64,000 nucleotides of DNA from Candidatus Latescibacterota bacterium (lineage in GTDB: Bacteria; Latescibacterota; UBA2968; UBA8231). Positions 1 through 10,172 of this stretch are shown one piece after another (position 1 is the first letter of the stretch; the number at the start of each line of letters is the position of its first letter). A program made the translations under genes and the position numbers. The notes under the pieces are model-generated. The model had not been told where the DNA came from and did not search any database. It saw only the letters and a program-made list of their open reading frames with translations. The stretch covers positions 1,280,001 through 1,344,000 of the forward strand of contig CBDCXV010000001.1 of NCBI GenBank assembly GCA_965223905.1. Reading direction: 5' to 3'.

Positions 1-920
1 CAGTGGAATACCTTTCGGGCCTGAACCGGCAAGTCCTCGATGCGGGCCTTGAAGTAAGGCGTCTGCTCGTCTATCAGCTGCTCCAGGTCCTCGATGGCCG
101 ACCCAAGGGGCGACTCGATCAGCATCCGACAGGAAAGGACCAGCAACCGTGGGTTCCCACCGGTGAGACGGCGGATGGTCTCCAACCGGCCTTGTTCCCG
201 GTTCAGGGTTTCCGGGATTTCGGGCCTCCCTTCACAGTCGGCGACCGCTTTCAGCATCCTACGGGCGTCAGCCTGTCCTAGACCTTCGAGCGTGAAGAGT
301 CGGAAGAATTCGTAGAACGGTTCGCCGTGACTTCGGATGGCCTCGAAGACCGCGTTGGCGGACCCGAGCAAGAGGATTTCCGGACGCTCGATCAGCGAGG
401 CTCGCAGCGCATGGATTTCCCGCTCGTTGCGCAACTGTCCGAAGACGGCGTCGAGGTTCTCGACAAAGAGGATCAGACGCTTCCCGCTCGCCTCGCTGAA
501 ATCCAGCAGGGCCGCGAGGGCATACGCGGCGAGCCGTTGTGTGTCTCCTTCCTCCTCGGCAAGGGAGTCGGCTCTGTCAGCCCAACGAGGATCCCCGGTG
601 GCCCGCGTCAGGTGCTCTAGGGCGGTGAGCCAGAATTCCCCCAGGTTGCCGATCCCGTAGCTCTCTTCGTGGAACGCTACGGGCTGCCACAGCGCGGCAA
701 GGTTCGGCTCGTCCTCGACCGCGTACAGGAACCGAAGCCCTAGGGTGGTCTTTCCCATGCCGCGCGGACCGATGAGCATCATGTGCTGGCATGGCCGGCC
801 GGGCATCTGCTCGCCGATGACGCGAAGCATTTCGTCAAGGGTTTCCTCGCGCGCGACGAAGGAAGACTTCAACTCTTCGGAGGTCAGCTGGGCGGGGTTG
901 TAGAGACGCCGCCGGATCAT
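1..920 (-). CDS. P-loop ATPase (STAND/AAA-like), runs off the left window edge
   Basis: Not in ORF track. Manual translation from ATG at 920: MIRRRLYNPAQLTSEELKSSFVAREETLDEMLRVIGEQMPGRPCQHMMLIGPRGMGKTT (Walker A). ATGA overlap with the stop of the upstream ATPase. Confidence 0.85.
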   Translation of the reverse strand, partial: MIRRRLYNPAQLTSEELKSSFVAREETLDEMLRVIGEQMPGRPCQHMMLIGPRGMGKTTLGLRFLYAVEDEPNLAALWQPVAFHEESYGIGNLGEFWLTALEHLTRATGDPRWADRADSLAEEEGDTQRLAAYALAALLDFSEASGKRLILFVENLDAVFGQLRNEREIHALRASLIERPEILLLGSANAVFEAIRSHGEPFYEFFRLFTLEGLGQADARRMLKAVADCEGRPEIPETLNREQGRLETIRRLTGGNPRLLVLSCRMLIESPLGSAIEDLEQLIDEQTPYFKARIEDLPVQARKVFH

Positions 921-2116
921 CGGGCCTGGTCCCTTCCGTGGTGTTTTCGCCACCATACTCGCAGGAGGTTCGAACGGAAAATCAGATGACCGTCTTCTCT
1001 CCTCACGTAACCGTCCGCCTCCAGATCGCTCAACACCGACTGAAATGTCTCGTTTCCCTGCCGCCGTAAGTCTTCGAGATCCGGAAAACTGACGCCGTCC
1101 TTACGCCGGCAGGCGAGCCCCAGGATGTCGTACGCCATTCCGCACTCTCGCTCGTCGAGAGCAATCTCAAGGCGCTTCTCGTAGTGGTCCAGGTGAGCGG
1201 TCCCGCTTGGTCCGGCAAGCCGCTCTTCAAAGCACTGATTGATCATTGCGGGCGAGACTCGGGAGGGTTCGCCTCTACTCTCATCGCGAATCGCCGAGAA
1301 GAAAAGCTGAACGTGGTACGGAACGGGATCATTCAGCAGATCCAGGATCCGGGCGAATGATCCGTCGTCAAGAGGGAAATCGTAGCTGCGGGCCAGCTTC
1401 TTCAGGAATTCGACGGCGGTGGATCTGTCCCACGAGTTCAGCGGAAAGGGCACGAGGTCGTTGATCGAGCCGGAAAGCCCGGCACGCCGCAGGATTCCTT
1501 CGAGCCCGATCGATCCGCCGACAAGGGTGTGAACCTTGCCGCGCAACGCCGGTGCCTGTCGCCAGTGCCGGAGCCGGGCCAGCAGTAGCTCGGCTTCGGG
1601 TTTGCGGTCAGTGTCCCTCAGAATGCGCGAAACGAGAATCGGCAGCTCGTCCAGGATGATCAGAAGCTTGCCACTGGCGTCGTCCAGGCTCGTGAGGCGC
1701 GCCTGGAGTTGATCTGCGGCATGGCCCCATTCACTGCCAATCGCCCGTTTGAGCTCGACGCGCAATGCGGGGATCTGGACACCGACACTTACTCCATTGA
1801 GAACGTCCTTGACCGCCTTCGAGAAGGGAATCGCTTCGAAACGGGTTCGATACCTGGGATGAGCCGCCAACTCCGCCAGTATCGAGGCGACGCAGTCAGC
1901 AGGGCCGTCGCCGCCTTCGACGTCGACATAGATGACCTCCCAGTTCTCCCGAGGAGCGCGATGGAGTTCCAGCATCAGGCTGGTCTTGCCCACACGCCTC
2001 GGGGCGAGCATCAGAATGTGCTCGCCCTGCTCCAGATTTTCCCAGAGGCGGTCCAGTTCGTAGTCTCGGCCATAGAGGTCGTCGCCGAGTACCGCTTGTC
2101 CGATGATGTTCCGCAT
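917..2116 (-). CDS. AAA+/archaeal-type ATPase with C-terminal winged-helix-like region
   Basis: 399 aa; Walker A APRRVGKTS, Walker B LLIILDE; RBS GGAGG upstream; C-terminal LEADGYV...FRSNLLRVWW. Confidence 0.85.
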   Translation of the reverse strand: MRNIIGQAVLGDDLYGRDYELDRLWENLEQGEHILMLAPRRVGKTSLMLELHRAPRENWEVIYVDVEGGDGPADCVASILAELAAHPRYRTRFEAIPFSKAVKDVLNGVSVGVQIPALRVELKRAIGSEWGHAADQLQARLTSLDDASGKLLIILDELPILVSRILRDTDRKPEAELLLARLRHWRQAPALRGKVHTLVGGSIGLEGILRRAGLSGSINDLVPFPLNSWDRSTAVEFLKKLARSYDFPLDDGSFARILDLLNDPVPYHVQLFFSAIRDESRGEPSRVSPAMINQCFEERLAGPSGTAHLDHYEKRLEIALDERECGMAYDILGLACRRKDGVSFPDLEDLRRQGNETFQSVLSDLEADGYVRREDGHLIFRSNLLRVWWRKHHGRDQAR

Positions 2117-2143
2117 TCATGGTCCTCCCGGAATTGGCACTAA

Positions 2144-2195
2144 GGCAAGCTAAACGGCAAAAAATATTTTGGCAATGATATTTTTGGCAAAATAA
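2144..2195. promoter_or_regulatory. AT-rich tandem motif (GGCAA at 15-bp period) in the divergent intergenic region; possible operator
   Basis: GGCAA at 2156, 2171 and 2186, separated by AAAATATTTT and TGATATTTTT. Confidence 0.4.
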
Positions 2196-2406
2196 CAGTT
2201 GTCATTACTGTAGCGGTAAGGGACGACTTTGTCATCGTGCACCCGCGAAAGAGCCGCAATTATGTGCAGATGCGCGATGCCGGCTGCAACGCCATGTCGC
2301 GATGTTCCGGTCGGTCGGCCGTCGGTCGGGATCGCCTCTCCAGCGCCGCGGCCGTTGCCGGGATCGAGGATAATCCGGATATATTCCCCAGGAACTGGAT
2401 AAAGTC

Positions 2407-3105
2407 ATGAACGGCATCCATGACATGGGCGGAATGCACGGCTTCGGCCCGGTGAAGCGGGAGGAGGACGAACCTGTCTTTCACGAGCCCTGGGAAGGCC
2501 GCCTCTTCGCCATGCAGATGTCGGGGATGGTCCCCTTGTTTGCCAGCGGCGACGCCGCCCGCTATGCCCTGGAGCAACTCGATCCCGCGGAGTATGTGGG
2601 TACTCCCTACTACGAGCGCTGGCTGGTGCGCATGGAGAACCGTCTGGTGGAGCTGGGCATCCTGACCCGGGAAGAGCTGGATGACCGCATACGCTACTAC
2701 CGGCAGCATCCGGACGCGGAAGTTCCCCGCCGCGAAGACCCTGCCGTCGCCGGGCAGGTGATGGAGAGGGTGCGCAACCGCCTGCCGGGGCCGCGGGACT
2801 CGGGCACGCCTCCCAGGTTTCGTGTGGGAGAAACGGTCCGCACCAGGAACGACCACCCCAAGGGGCACCACCGGCTGCCGCGCTACGCGCGCGGGCGCCT
2901 CGGTACCATCGCCCGGAAGCACGGCTATCACGACCTGGCGGACGACCTGGCCCGGGGCGACCACAACCCCGAGGCGCTCTACAGCGTGAGGTTCGACGCG
3001 GCCGAGCTCTGGGGAGACTCGGCAGAGGGCAGGGGCAGCGTGTACATCGATCTGTGGGACAGTTATCTCGAACCCGCGGACCCACGGGAGGTATTGGATG
3101 AGTGA
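2407..3105 (+). CDS. nthB: Nitrile hydratase beta subunit
   Basis: [14 protein letters not shown] start, [27 protein letters not shown]. Confidence 0.97.
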   Translation: MNGIHDMGGMHGFGPVKREEDEPVFHEPWEGRLFAMQMSGMVPLFASGDAARYALEQLDPAEYVGTPYYERWLVRMENRLVELGILTREELDDRIRYYRQHPDAEVPRREDPAVAGQVMERVRNRLPGPRDSGTPPRFRVGETVRTRNDHPKGHHRLPRYARGRLGTIARKHGYHDLADDLARGDHNPEALYSVRFDAAELWGDSAEGRGSVYIDLWDSYLEPADPREVLDE

Positions 3106-3718
3106 GGATCACCGTCATCACGGCGCACCGGAGTCCCGGGCGGCGCTGCGCACCAGGGCGATCGAGTCGCTGCTGGTGGAGAAGGGGCTGATCGCTTCGG
3201 ACGCCGTCGACGCCATTGTCGAAACCTACGAGCGGGACGTCGGGCCGATGAACGGGGCGAAAGTGGTTGCCCGCGCCTGGTCCGACCCGGAATACAGGAA
3301 GAGGCTCCTGGAGGACGGCACCGCCGCCATCGCCGAGATGGGGTTCGTCGGCCGCGAGGGGGCGCAGATCGTCGTGCTGGAGAACACCCCCGGCATCCAC
3401 AACCTGGTGGTGTGCACCCTGTGCTCCTGCTATCCGTGGCCGGTGCTGGGCCTCCCGCCAAGTTGGTACAAATCCTTCGCCTACCGTTCCCGCGCGGTCT
3501 CCGAGCCCCGCTCGGTGTTGAAGGAGTTCGGCCTGGAGCTGGACGAGTCGATGGAGGTGCGGGTGTGGGACAGCACCGCGGAGGTCCGCTACATGGTGCT
3601 TCCGCAGAGGCCGGCCGGCACCGAAGGTCTGAGTGAAGAGGAGCTGGTTCCCCTGGTGAGCCGCGACTCCATGGTCGGCGTTGCCCGGGCCGCGGCTCCG
3701 GAGCCGGTGGGACAGTGA
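3098..3718 (+). CDS. nthA: Nitrile hydratase alpha subunit, cobalt type
   Basis: Metal-binding motif VCTLCSCY (Thr/Tyr variant typical of Co-NHase); GAKVVARAW; RYMVLPQRP. Confidence 0.97.
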   Translation: MSEDHRHHGAPESRAALRTRAIESLLVEKGLIASDAVDAIVETYERDVGPMNGAKVVARAWSDPEYRKRLLEDGTAAIAEMGFVGREGAQIVVLENTPGIHNLVVCTLCSCYPWPVLGLPPSWYKSFAYRSRAVSEPRSVLKEFGLELDESMEVRVWDSTAEVRYMVLPQRPAGTEGLSEEELVPLVSRDSMVGVARAAAPEPVGQ

Positions 3719-4065
3719 GGACGCCGCCGGCCCCGGAGATCGGTTCCATGGACGGGGCGGAAGCCCTGCCTCGCCTCAACGGGGAACTGGTCTTCGAGGA
3801 GCCCTGGGAAGGCCGGGCCCTCGGGATAGCCGTAGCCCTCAACGACCAGCGGGTCTATGAATGGTGGGAGTTCCGCGAGCATCTGGTCGAAAGCATCGCC
3901 GCGGAAGAAGAGGCGGGTGCCCCGTCGGGCTACTACAACCGCTGGCTGAGCGCCATGGAGAGGCTGCTGCTGCAACGGGGGCTGGTTACCTCCGAGGAGT
4001 TGGATCGGCGCACCCGGGAGCTCGCCTCGGGCCGGAGAGAAGACCCGGACCGTCACCGCCGCTGA
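3715..4065 (+). CDS. Nitrile hydratase accessory/activator protein (P14K/NhlE-like)
   Basis: [31 protein letters not shown], similar to the beta-subunit N-terminus; coupled to nthA. Confidence 0.9.
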   Translation: MRTPPAPEIGSMDGAEALPRLNGELVFEEPWEGRALGIAVALNDQRVYEWWEFREHLVESIAAEEEAGAPSGYYNRWLSAMERLLLQRGLVTSEELDRRTRELASGRREDPDRHRR

Positions 4066-4205
4066 CGCCGCCGTTGGCCGAGGAGGCCGGATCGCTTAAC
4101 CGGCACCATCGATCTCGGACAGCTCCAACTATCTCCGGCTCCGGCCGCCGTCCATTCCCCCGCTGCCCGCGGATACCCGCTCAGCTGTCGGCTGATTCCC
4201 CGATC

Positions 4206-6023
4206 CTACCTGTCGTACCACCCCGCCTGAAGGGCCCACATGCGGGCGTACTCCCCGCCCCGGGAGACCAGCTCGTCGTGGGTTCCGTTCTCGATCAGCC
4301 GCCCCTCCTTCAGGACGAGGATGCGGTCGCACAGCCGCGCCGACCCAAGGCGGTGGGAGACGACGATGGTGGTGCGCCCGCTTGCCATGGACAGAAAGCG
4401 GCGGAACACGTCCGCCTCGGCCTGCGGGTCCAGGGAGGCGGTCGGCTCGTCGAGGACGACGAAGTCCCCCTCGCGCATGAACCCCCTGGAGATGGCGACG
4501 CGCTGCCACTCGCCGCCGGACAGCTCGGTGCCCCCTTCGAACTCCCGGGTGAGCAGGGTGTCGTACCCCTCCGGGAGCCGGCCGGCTACGGCCTCGGCCC
4601 CGCCCTGGCGCGCGGCGCGCTCGATTTCGCCTGGCTCCCCCATCCTCTCGCTGCGGCCGAAGCCGATGTTCTCGCCGAGGGGGAAGGCGAAGCGGGTGTA
4701 GTCCTGGAAGACCGCGGCCGACTGGTCCCGGAGCTGGTCCCGGTTCACCCGTTCCGCCTCGAGGCCGCCGTAGTGCAGCTCGCCGGCGGTGGGGCGGAAC
4801 AGCCCCAGCAGGATCTTGACGAGGGTGGTCTTGCCGGAGCCGTTGGCCCCGACCAGGGCGACGCGCTCGCCGGGCCGGATGGTGAAGGTGATCTCCTCGA
4901 GGGCGGGGCGGTCCGCTTGGGGATACCGGAAGCACAGGCTGCGCGCGGAGATGGGTGTCCGGGCGAGGGCGGCGATGTTCTTTCCCCCCGGCGGCTCTTC
5001 CGGGCCCAGGTCCAGGTAGATGAAGAGGTCGGCGATGTTAAGGAGCCAGACGGGCAAGAAGCCCATGCGGCCGAACACCTGGTCGACGCTGAACCGCACC
5101 TGGCGCAGGGCGACGATCATGGCGGCGAACTGCCCTGCCGACAGTCCGCCGTCGAGAACCGCCCACGCCGACCAGCCCACCCCGGCTGCCAGCCCCAGGA
5201 GGCTGAAGGCCGCCAGAAACCCGCCGATGGCGTAGTGCCTGCGGCGCTGCCGGTAGATGAGGTCGGCCACCCGCCAGTAGAGGTGTTCCCACCATCCGAT
5301 CAGGGCCGGCTCCAGGCCGAAGACCCGCACCTCCTTGGCGGCGTCCCGTCCGGTCAGGGTCCTCTCCAGGTACCCGCGCAGCCTCTGCGCTTGCGTCTGC
5401 CCGCGCTGCAGATAGAACTCGTGGATATTGTGGACCATGGCGGCAAGCGGGTGAGGCAGGGTGACCAGAACGATGGCGACGAGGAGGAGCGGGTCCCACA
5501 ACCCGACGACGACGGCGACCGAGACCGCGGTCAGCGATCTCGTGATGATGGTGTAGATCCCGAAGAGGATGTTTAGGAAGAAGCCGGGGGTGGCGGCCTC
5601 CTGGGCGCGGCGCAGGAGGTCGTGGAAGTCGGCCCGCTCGAAGACCTCAAGGCGCAGGGACCGGGACTTGACCTGGAGCTGTTCGAGGAGCCGGTCCTCC
5701 ATCTCCTGCTTCAGCCGCTCGAGCAGGATCCTCCACGACCACTCCCGGATCCCGGTCTCGGCCAGGGTCACGGCCGCCCACATGGCAAGCCACGGAAGCA
5801 GGGCCTCCACGGGAAGACGGCCTTCGTACAGGTCGACGCCGCGGTCGAAGATCTCCCGCACGGCCCAGACGGTAGCGGCAGGCAGCAGGCCGGCGGTGAA
5901 CTGCAGCGCCAGCGAGGTGATTGCCCGCCGGGGGTCGGTGCGGATCATCCATCCCAGGAAGCGGAGGAAAGTCCGCGGACCGGGCGGGCGCTCGAGGAGC
6001 CTGTCCGGCTCTACTGGTACCAC
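4206..6023 (-). CDS. ABC exporter, fused permease/ATPase
   Basis: TM N-terminal half; GANGSGKT, LSGGEWQR, LDEPT. Start taken at GTG 6023 overlapping the upstream gene end. Confidence 0.9.
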   Translation of the reverse strand: MVPVEPDRLLERPPGPRTFLRFLGWMIRTDPRRAITSLALQFTAGLLPAATVWAVREIFDRGVDLYEGRLPVEALLPWLAMWAAVTLAETGIREWSWRILLERLKQEMEDRLLEQLQVKSRSLRLEVFERADFHDLLRRAQEAATPGFFLNILFGIYTIITRSLTAVSVAVVVGLWDPLLLVAIVLVTLPHPLAAMVHNIHEFYLQRGQTQAQRLRGYLERTLTGRDAAKEVRVFGLEPALIGWWEHLYWRVADLIYRQRRRHYAIGGFLAAFSLLGLAAGVGWSAWAVLDGGLSAGQFAAMIVALRQVRFSVDQVFGRMGFLPVWLLNIADLFIYLDLGPEEPPGGKNIAALARTPISARSLCFRYPQADRPALEEITFTIRPGERVALVGANGSGKTTLVKILLGLFRPTAGELHYGGLEAERVNRDQLRDQSAAVFQDYTRFAFPLGENIGFGRSERMGEPGEIERAARQGGAEAVAGRLPEGYDTLLTREFEGGTELSGGEWQRVAISRGFMREGDFVVLDEPTASLDPQAEADVFRRFLSMASGRTTIVVSHRLGSARLCDRILVLKEGRLIENGTHDELVSRGGEYARMWALQAGWYDR

Positions 6024-7954
6024 GAGGCCTGCTCCTCCCACATGCCGGCGTACAGCCCCTGCGCGGCCACCAGCTCGTCGTGCCGCCCCTGCTCGACGAT
6101 GCGGCCCTGCTGCAGCACGACGATGCGGTCGGCCATGCGCGCCGAGCCGAGGCGGTGGCTGATAAGCAGGGCGGTGCGCCCCCCCAGGAGTTCCGCGAAT
6201 TGTCGGTAGAGTTCCGCCTCGGCCATGGCGTCGAGGGCCGCCGCCGGCTCGTCGAGGATGAGCAACTCCGGGTTCCGGGTGAAGGCGCGGGCGATGGCGA
6301 CCCGTTGCCACTCCCCCCCGGACAGGCCCTGGCCGCCGTCGAGGACGTGGCCGACCGGGGTGTCGTAGCCGTCGGGGAGACGTTCGGCGAGCTCTGCGGC
6401 CCCGGAGCGGCGCGCGGCGTCGGCGACCACGGCCGGGTCGGGGTGCAGCCACCGGGGCCACAGATCCGAGGTGGGCCTCTCTGACTTCGCAGCCGGGGCG
6501 GCGATGCCGATGGATTGCCCAAGGGTGAGCTCGAACCGGTAGAAATCCTGGAACGCGGCGCTCACGGCGTCTTCCATGCTGCCGGGGTCGATCCCGGCGT
6601 AGTCGAGGCCATCGGCTGTGACGCGCCCGGCCGTGGGCGGGTAGAGACCGAGGAGTATCTTGGCCAAGGTAGACTTGCCGGATCCGTTCTCGCCGACGAG
6701 GGCGACCCGCTCTCCCGGGGCCAGGTGGAAACTGACGCCCTGCAGCACCGCAGGGGCCGTCTCGCCGGATGCCGCCGCCGGGTAGGAGAAGTGGACGTCG
6801 TCGACGAAGAGCCCCTGGCGCAGCGGCCTTGGGAACGGAGCGTTCCCGGGCCGTTCTGTCGCAACCGGCGCCTCGGTAAAAGTGCCATGCCCTCCTGTGG
6901 CGGCCTCCGCTCCGAGGCCGTCTCCCTCCGGCAGGTCGAGGAACTCCCGGACGTACCCGACCTCGGCGGACTGGGACTGCAACTGTCGGGAGTTGAAGGC
7001 GAGGCTTCCGCCGGCCCCGAACATGTCGTCGACCCCCTGGAAGAGCGCGACGAAGCGTCCGGGCGTCAGGACCCGGTCGCCGAGCAGGTAGGCGAGGATT
7101 CCGGCGACGCCGACCCCCACGGCGACGCGCAGCCCGGTGGCCGGGAGCCCGCCCAGAACCTGGCGACGGCGCTGTTCAAACAGTCGTTCGCGCAGCACCC
7201 GGCGCATTCTCCGCCAGCGTTCGGTCAGCAGCGCGTGCAGGCCGAAGAGGCGCATCTCCTTCTGCTCCGTCCGCCCGGTGAGGATGCGGTCGACGTACCC
7301 CGCCTGGCGCTCCTCCGGCGTCTCCCCGTGGGTGAAGGCCATGGACATGCGGGTATACTCGATTTCGATACGGATCTGCGGCACCAGCACCGCCAGCAGG
7401 GCCAGGGAGATCCAGGGAGAGACCGGGGCGAACATGGCGGCCACGGAGACCACGGTGATCACCGCCTGGGCAAAGTGCAGGGCGGAGAAGAACAGCCGGT
7501 AGAGCTTGCGCCCCGGATCCCGGGCCCGCTCGAGACGGTCGTAGGTCTCGCTCGCCTCGAAGAACAGCAGGGGCAGCCGCGACGACTTGGCCAGAAGGCG
7601 GCGTCCCAGGACGTGGGAGAGGTTCTGCTCCAGCCGCAGATTGAGGATGTCGCGAACATTCCACACCACTTCGTTGGTGAGCAGCAGAGTCAGGCCGAAG
7701 GCGATCAGCCAGGGGAGGGCGTCGCCGAAGCCCGCGGAGCCGCCGCCCGCGGCAGCGACCACGGTGTCGACGAGGTTTCTGGTGATGTGGATGAGGAGGG
7801 CAGGCTGGAGGCCCAGCAGCAGGTGGACGGCGATCAGACCGAGAACCGCCCCCCTCGCATGGGCCCAGATGTGGCTCCAGGCCCAACGCAGGTTGGCGGC
7901 GATGCTGCCTGCGCTCGTGCGGCGGTTCCAGTACTCGAGATCAGATCTCGCCAC
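6011..7954 (-). CDS. ABC exporter, fused permease/ATPase (likely heterodimer partner)
   Basis: GENGSGKS, LSGGEWQR, LDEPAA; TM N-terminal half. Confidence 0.92.
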   Translation of the reverse strand: MARSDLEYWNRRTSAGSIAANLRWAWSHIWAHARGAVLGLIAVHLLLGLQPALLIHITRNLVDTVVAAAGGGSAGFGDALPWLIAFGLTLLLTNEVVWNVRDILNLRLEQNLSHVLGRRLLAKSSRLPLLFFEASETYDRLERARDPGRKLYRLFFSALHFAQAVITVVSVAAMFAPVSPWISLALLAVLVPQIRIEIEYTRMSMAFTHGETPEERQAGYVDRILTGRTEQKEMRLFGLHALLTERWRRMRRVLRERLFEQRRRQVLGGLPATGLRVAVGVGVAGILAYLLGDRVLTPGRFVALFQGVDDMFGAGGSLAFNSRQLQSQSAEVGYVREFLDLPEGDGLGAEAATGGHGTFTEAPVATERPGNAPFPRPLRQGLFVDDVHFSYPAAASGETAPAVLQGVSFHLAPGERVALVGENGSGKSTLAKILLGLYPPTAGRVTADGLDYAGIDPGSMEDAVSAAFQDFYRFELTLGQSIGIAAPAAKSERPTSDLWPRWLHPDPAVVADAARRSGAAELAERLPDGYDTPVGHVLDGGQGLSGGEWQRVAIARAFTRNPELLILDEPAAALDAMAEAELYRQFAELLGGRTALLISHRLGSARMADRIVVLQQGRIVEQGRHDELVAAQGLYAGMWEEQASWYQ

Positions 7955-8147
7955 GGGATGCCCGGGTCAGGCGCGCGGCTCGAGGTGCCGGCCGCGATTG
8001 CTTTGGAGCTGAAGCTGACCCGGAAATCCGAACAATGGTGATTCCCCGTGCAGGTAGATGAGATCCTATGGGGTAAGGTCAACGGCAATCATGGACAATG
8101 GCAACGCATTTTTCAGCCCTCTTGTATCCCCGTGGAGCAGGGAGTCT

Positions 8148-8345
8148 TCACCAACGGCGGCAGGCTTCCCGACGATGCCCGACCCGGACCACGAGTACGA
8201 CAAGCTCTTTTCCCTTCAGGGGACTTCCCACGAGCGGGCGCTCTCCCAGACTATCGATTGCATGCGCAATGCGCAGCCGTTCGGATTGTGGAATACGCGC
8301 CAGTTCCTCCGCGGCGCTTCGCTTAATCCGAACGGAGTAGCTCAT
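8148..8345 (-). pseudogene. relE: RelE/ParE-family toxin with internal deletion
   Basis: MSYSVRIKRSAAEELARIP...LKG joined directly to KELVVLVVRVGHRRE; only 65 aa; the usual central R-x-R-V-G-x-Y-R segment is absent. Confidence 0.75.
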
Positions 8346-8544
8346 CTCTGACCTGATCCCAGTCCAGGACTGGATCGGAGGGGTCGCGAATCCGCTCCAG
8401 GGCAACGGTGAGATCGTCGAAATCTTCCAGATATCGTTCCAGCGCAAGGCGAATGACGTCGGCGCGGCTTCGCTTAAGCTCCGAAGCGGCCGAGTCCAGT
8501 GCTTTGACGAGCTCGTCGGGGACGCGTGCGGAAATCTGGCTCAT
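8323..8544 (-). CDS. Ribbon-helix-helix (CopG/RelB-like) antitoxin
   Basis: MSQISARVPDELVKALD...SRADVIRLALERYLEDFDD; overlaps the relE start. Confidence 0.85.
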   Translation of the reverse strand: MSQISARVPDELVKALDSAASELKRSRADVIRLALERYLEDFDDLTVALERIRDPSDPVLDWDQVRDELLRSD

Positions 8545-8795
8545 GGGGCTTCCTTGTGGAGATTGCATCTGGCTTCACCCTTTCTATTGTTCAACAACCT
8601 CAAAAAAGGCAATTGATGGGAAGGCAGTCGCGGTTATCTTCCCGGCCTGCCGGAGATTTGGGCTCCCTGGTGCCTTTCGGGTCGGCAACCCCGACTGATG
8701 CTTGCCCGTTCCACCGCCAACCCCGGCCGCCCAGCTGGGGCATCATCGCATGCCGATCCGGGCAAGAACGCCCGCTCCAATCGCGCGAAGACCAC

Positions 8796-9164
8796 ATGAA
8801 CGAGACAGCACGACACAAGCTCGAACGCTGCATAGGCCTGCTGGAGCAGGGATCCCTCACCGCGGCGGACCTGCGGGATCTCGCCGCGGCCTCCTCTTTC
8901 GCTTTCGCAGGTCAGCGGCAGGAGCTCCTCTACCTGCAGACGGCGACGACCTCGGTGACCAGCGAGGTGATCGGGATGTCGCTGGTGGCCGGGGGGAAGG
9001 TCTCCGACGGCCCGATGGATCCCGGCCAGTGGCCGTACAAGTCCGTCCTCGAGGCAATGGAGGACGGCTGGCGCGTCGTGCGCTTCCCGGTGCAGCTGCC
9101 CGCGGGACACACGCAGGACGCCCACATCACCTGTGAATTCGTGCTCGAAAGGTGGGGACCATGA
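8796..9164 (+). CDS. Hypothetical protein coupled to the PhyH gene
   Basis: 122 aa, GC3-rich codons; WPYKSVLEAMEDGWRVVRFP; ATGA overlap with the next gene. Confidence 0.75.
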   Translation: MNETARHKLERCIGLLEQGSLTAADLRDLAAASSFAFAGQRQELLYLQTATTSVTSEVIGMSLVAGGKVSDGPMDPGQWPYKSVLEAMEDGWRVVRFPVQLPAGHTQDAHITCEFVLERWGP

Positions 9165-10018
9165 CCGCCGCAGAGAGGGCCGGACGCGCCGGTCCGGTCG
9201 CTCCGACCATCGGCGACTCCGAGGTCCTGGAGTTCTGCAAGACCGGGCTGCTCACCCTCGAGGCGGTGGTTCCCGAGTCGACCAACCAGTGGGTCCGCGC
9301 CTATCTCGAGGCCGGTTCCGCGGAGCCGCCGGCGACTGCCCAGGAGCTGGTCCGGGAGGACCGTTTCGCCGCGGAGGTGATGCTGCACCCGGAGGTGGCG
9401 GGGGTCTGCAGGGCGCTCCTCGGCGCCGGCTTTCAGCTGCCGGACTGGATGGCCAACCACCGGATCGAGGGCCCCAGGCCGATAGGCAGGTGGCACATCG
9501 ACGGGGGATCGCGGTTCGAGCGCACCTGCGAGCTGCTGCAGGTCTTCTACCTGCCGCAGGCGGTGACCCCGGAGATGGGGCCGACCCTCTTTCTGCCCGG
9601 TTCGCACCTCGTGCCGATAGCGCGCGAGGAGCTGGAGCATTACGGCCACCTCGCCGGACAGGTGTCGACGGCGGCGCCGGCAGGCTCGGTTTTCTTCACC
9701 GCCTACTCGATCTGGCACCGGCAGTCGGAGAAGAGGGCCGCGGAGGTCCGCAACCTGCTGAAGTGGGTGTACTGGCGGACGCAGCCGCCGCGGCGGGACT
9801 GGCTGCCCGAGCCGGGGTTCGATCCGGGGAGGGCGGACTATTCGTACGAGAACGGCTACTTCCGCGGCAGCACGCGGAAATGGCAGTCGGTGCCGCGGGT
9901 GGCGGAGATGTTCACCTGGATGTGCGGCAAGGCGGACGAGTTCCGGCAGGTCGGGGGGTCGGGCTGGCCCTACTCGGCGTCGGATCCGGGCCTGCGCAAG
10001 CCGGGGAACAGGAGCTGA
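9161..10018 (+). CDS. Phytanoyl-CoA dioxygenase (PhyH) family Fe/2OG enzyme
   Basis: WHID, GPT..LPGSH, distal IWHR. Confidence 0.88.
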   Translation: MTAAERAGRAGPVAPTIGDSEVLEFCKTGLLTLEAVVPESTNQWVRAYLEAGSAEPPATAQELVREDRFAAEVMLHPEVAGVCRALLGAGFQLPDWMANHRIEGPRPIGRWHIDGGSRFERTCELLQVFYLPQAVTPEMGPTLFLPGSHLVPIAREELEHYGHLAGQVSTAAPAGSVFFTAYSIWHRQSEKRAAEVRNLLKWVYWRTQPPRRDWLPEPGFDPGRADYSYENGYFRGSTRKWQSVPRVAEMFTWMCGKADEFRQVGGSGWPYSASDPGLRKPGNRS

Positions 10019-10172
10019 AGCGCCGAACCGCGGTCTCTTGGATGCCGCCCCCGCATGGGCGATATTGATGCCGGCGTTTCGAAAGCCATTACTCCCCATC
10101 CCGGCCGGTTGCAACGGCCGGGGCTTCCCCAAAGGCCTTTGAGAAAGGCCGAACAAACCAAGGAGACGAACG

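Noticed and set aside
2135-2150. Sigma-54 promoter at TGGCAC
   Set aside because: No TTGC -12 element at the required spacing.
3992-4118. Another duplicated gene end after the NHase accessory gene
   Set aside because: Only patchy similarity (CCGAGGAG..GGATCG) with gaps; not distinguishable from chance at this GC content.
2407-7954. NHLP-type RiPP cluster (nitrile-hydratase-like leader plus ABC exporters)
   Set aside because: The alpha subunit retains the full CTLCSC metal site with beta and accessory genes; the exporters are convergent and lack a C39 peptidase; no modification enzymes.
3861-8041. Long antisense/alternate-frame ORFs (e.g. 3861-5576, 6515-8041, and similar ones throughout the window)
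   Set aside because: Shadow ORFs expected in GC-rich DNA opposite genes with clear family motifs.
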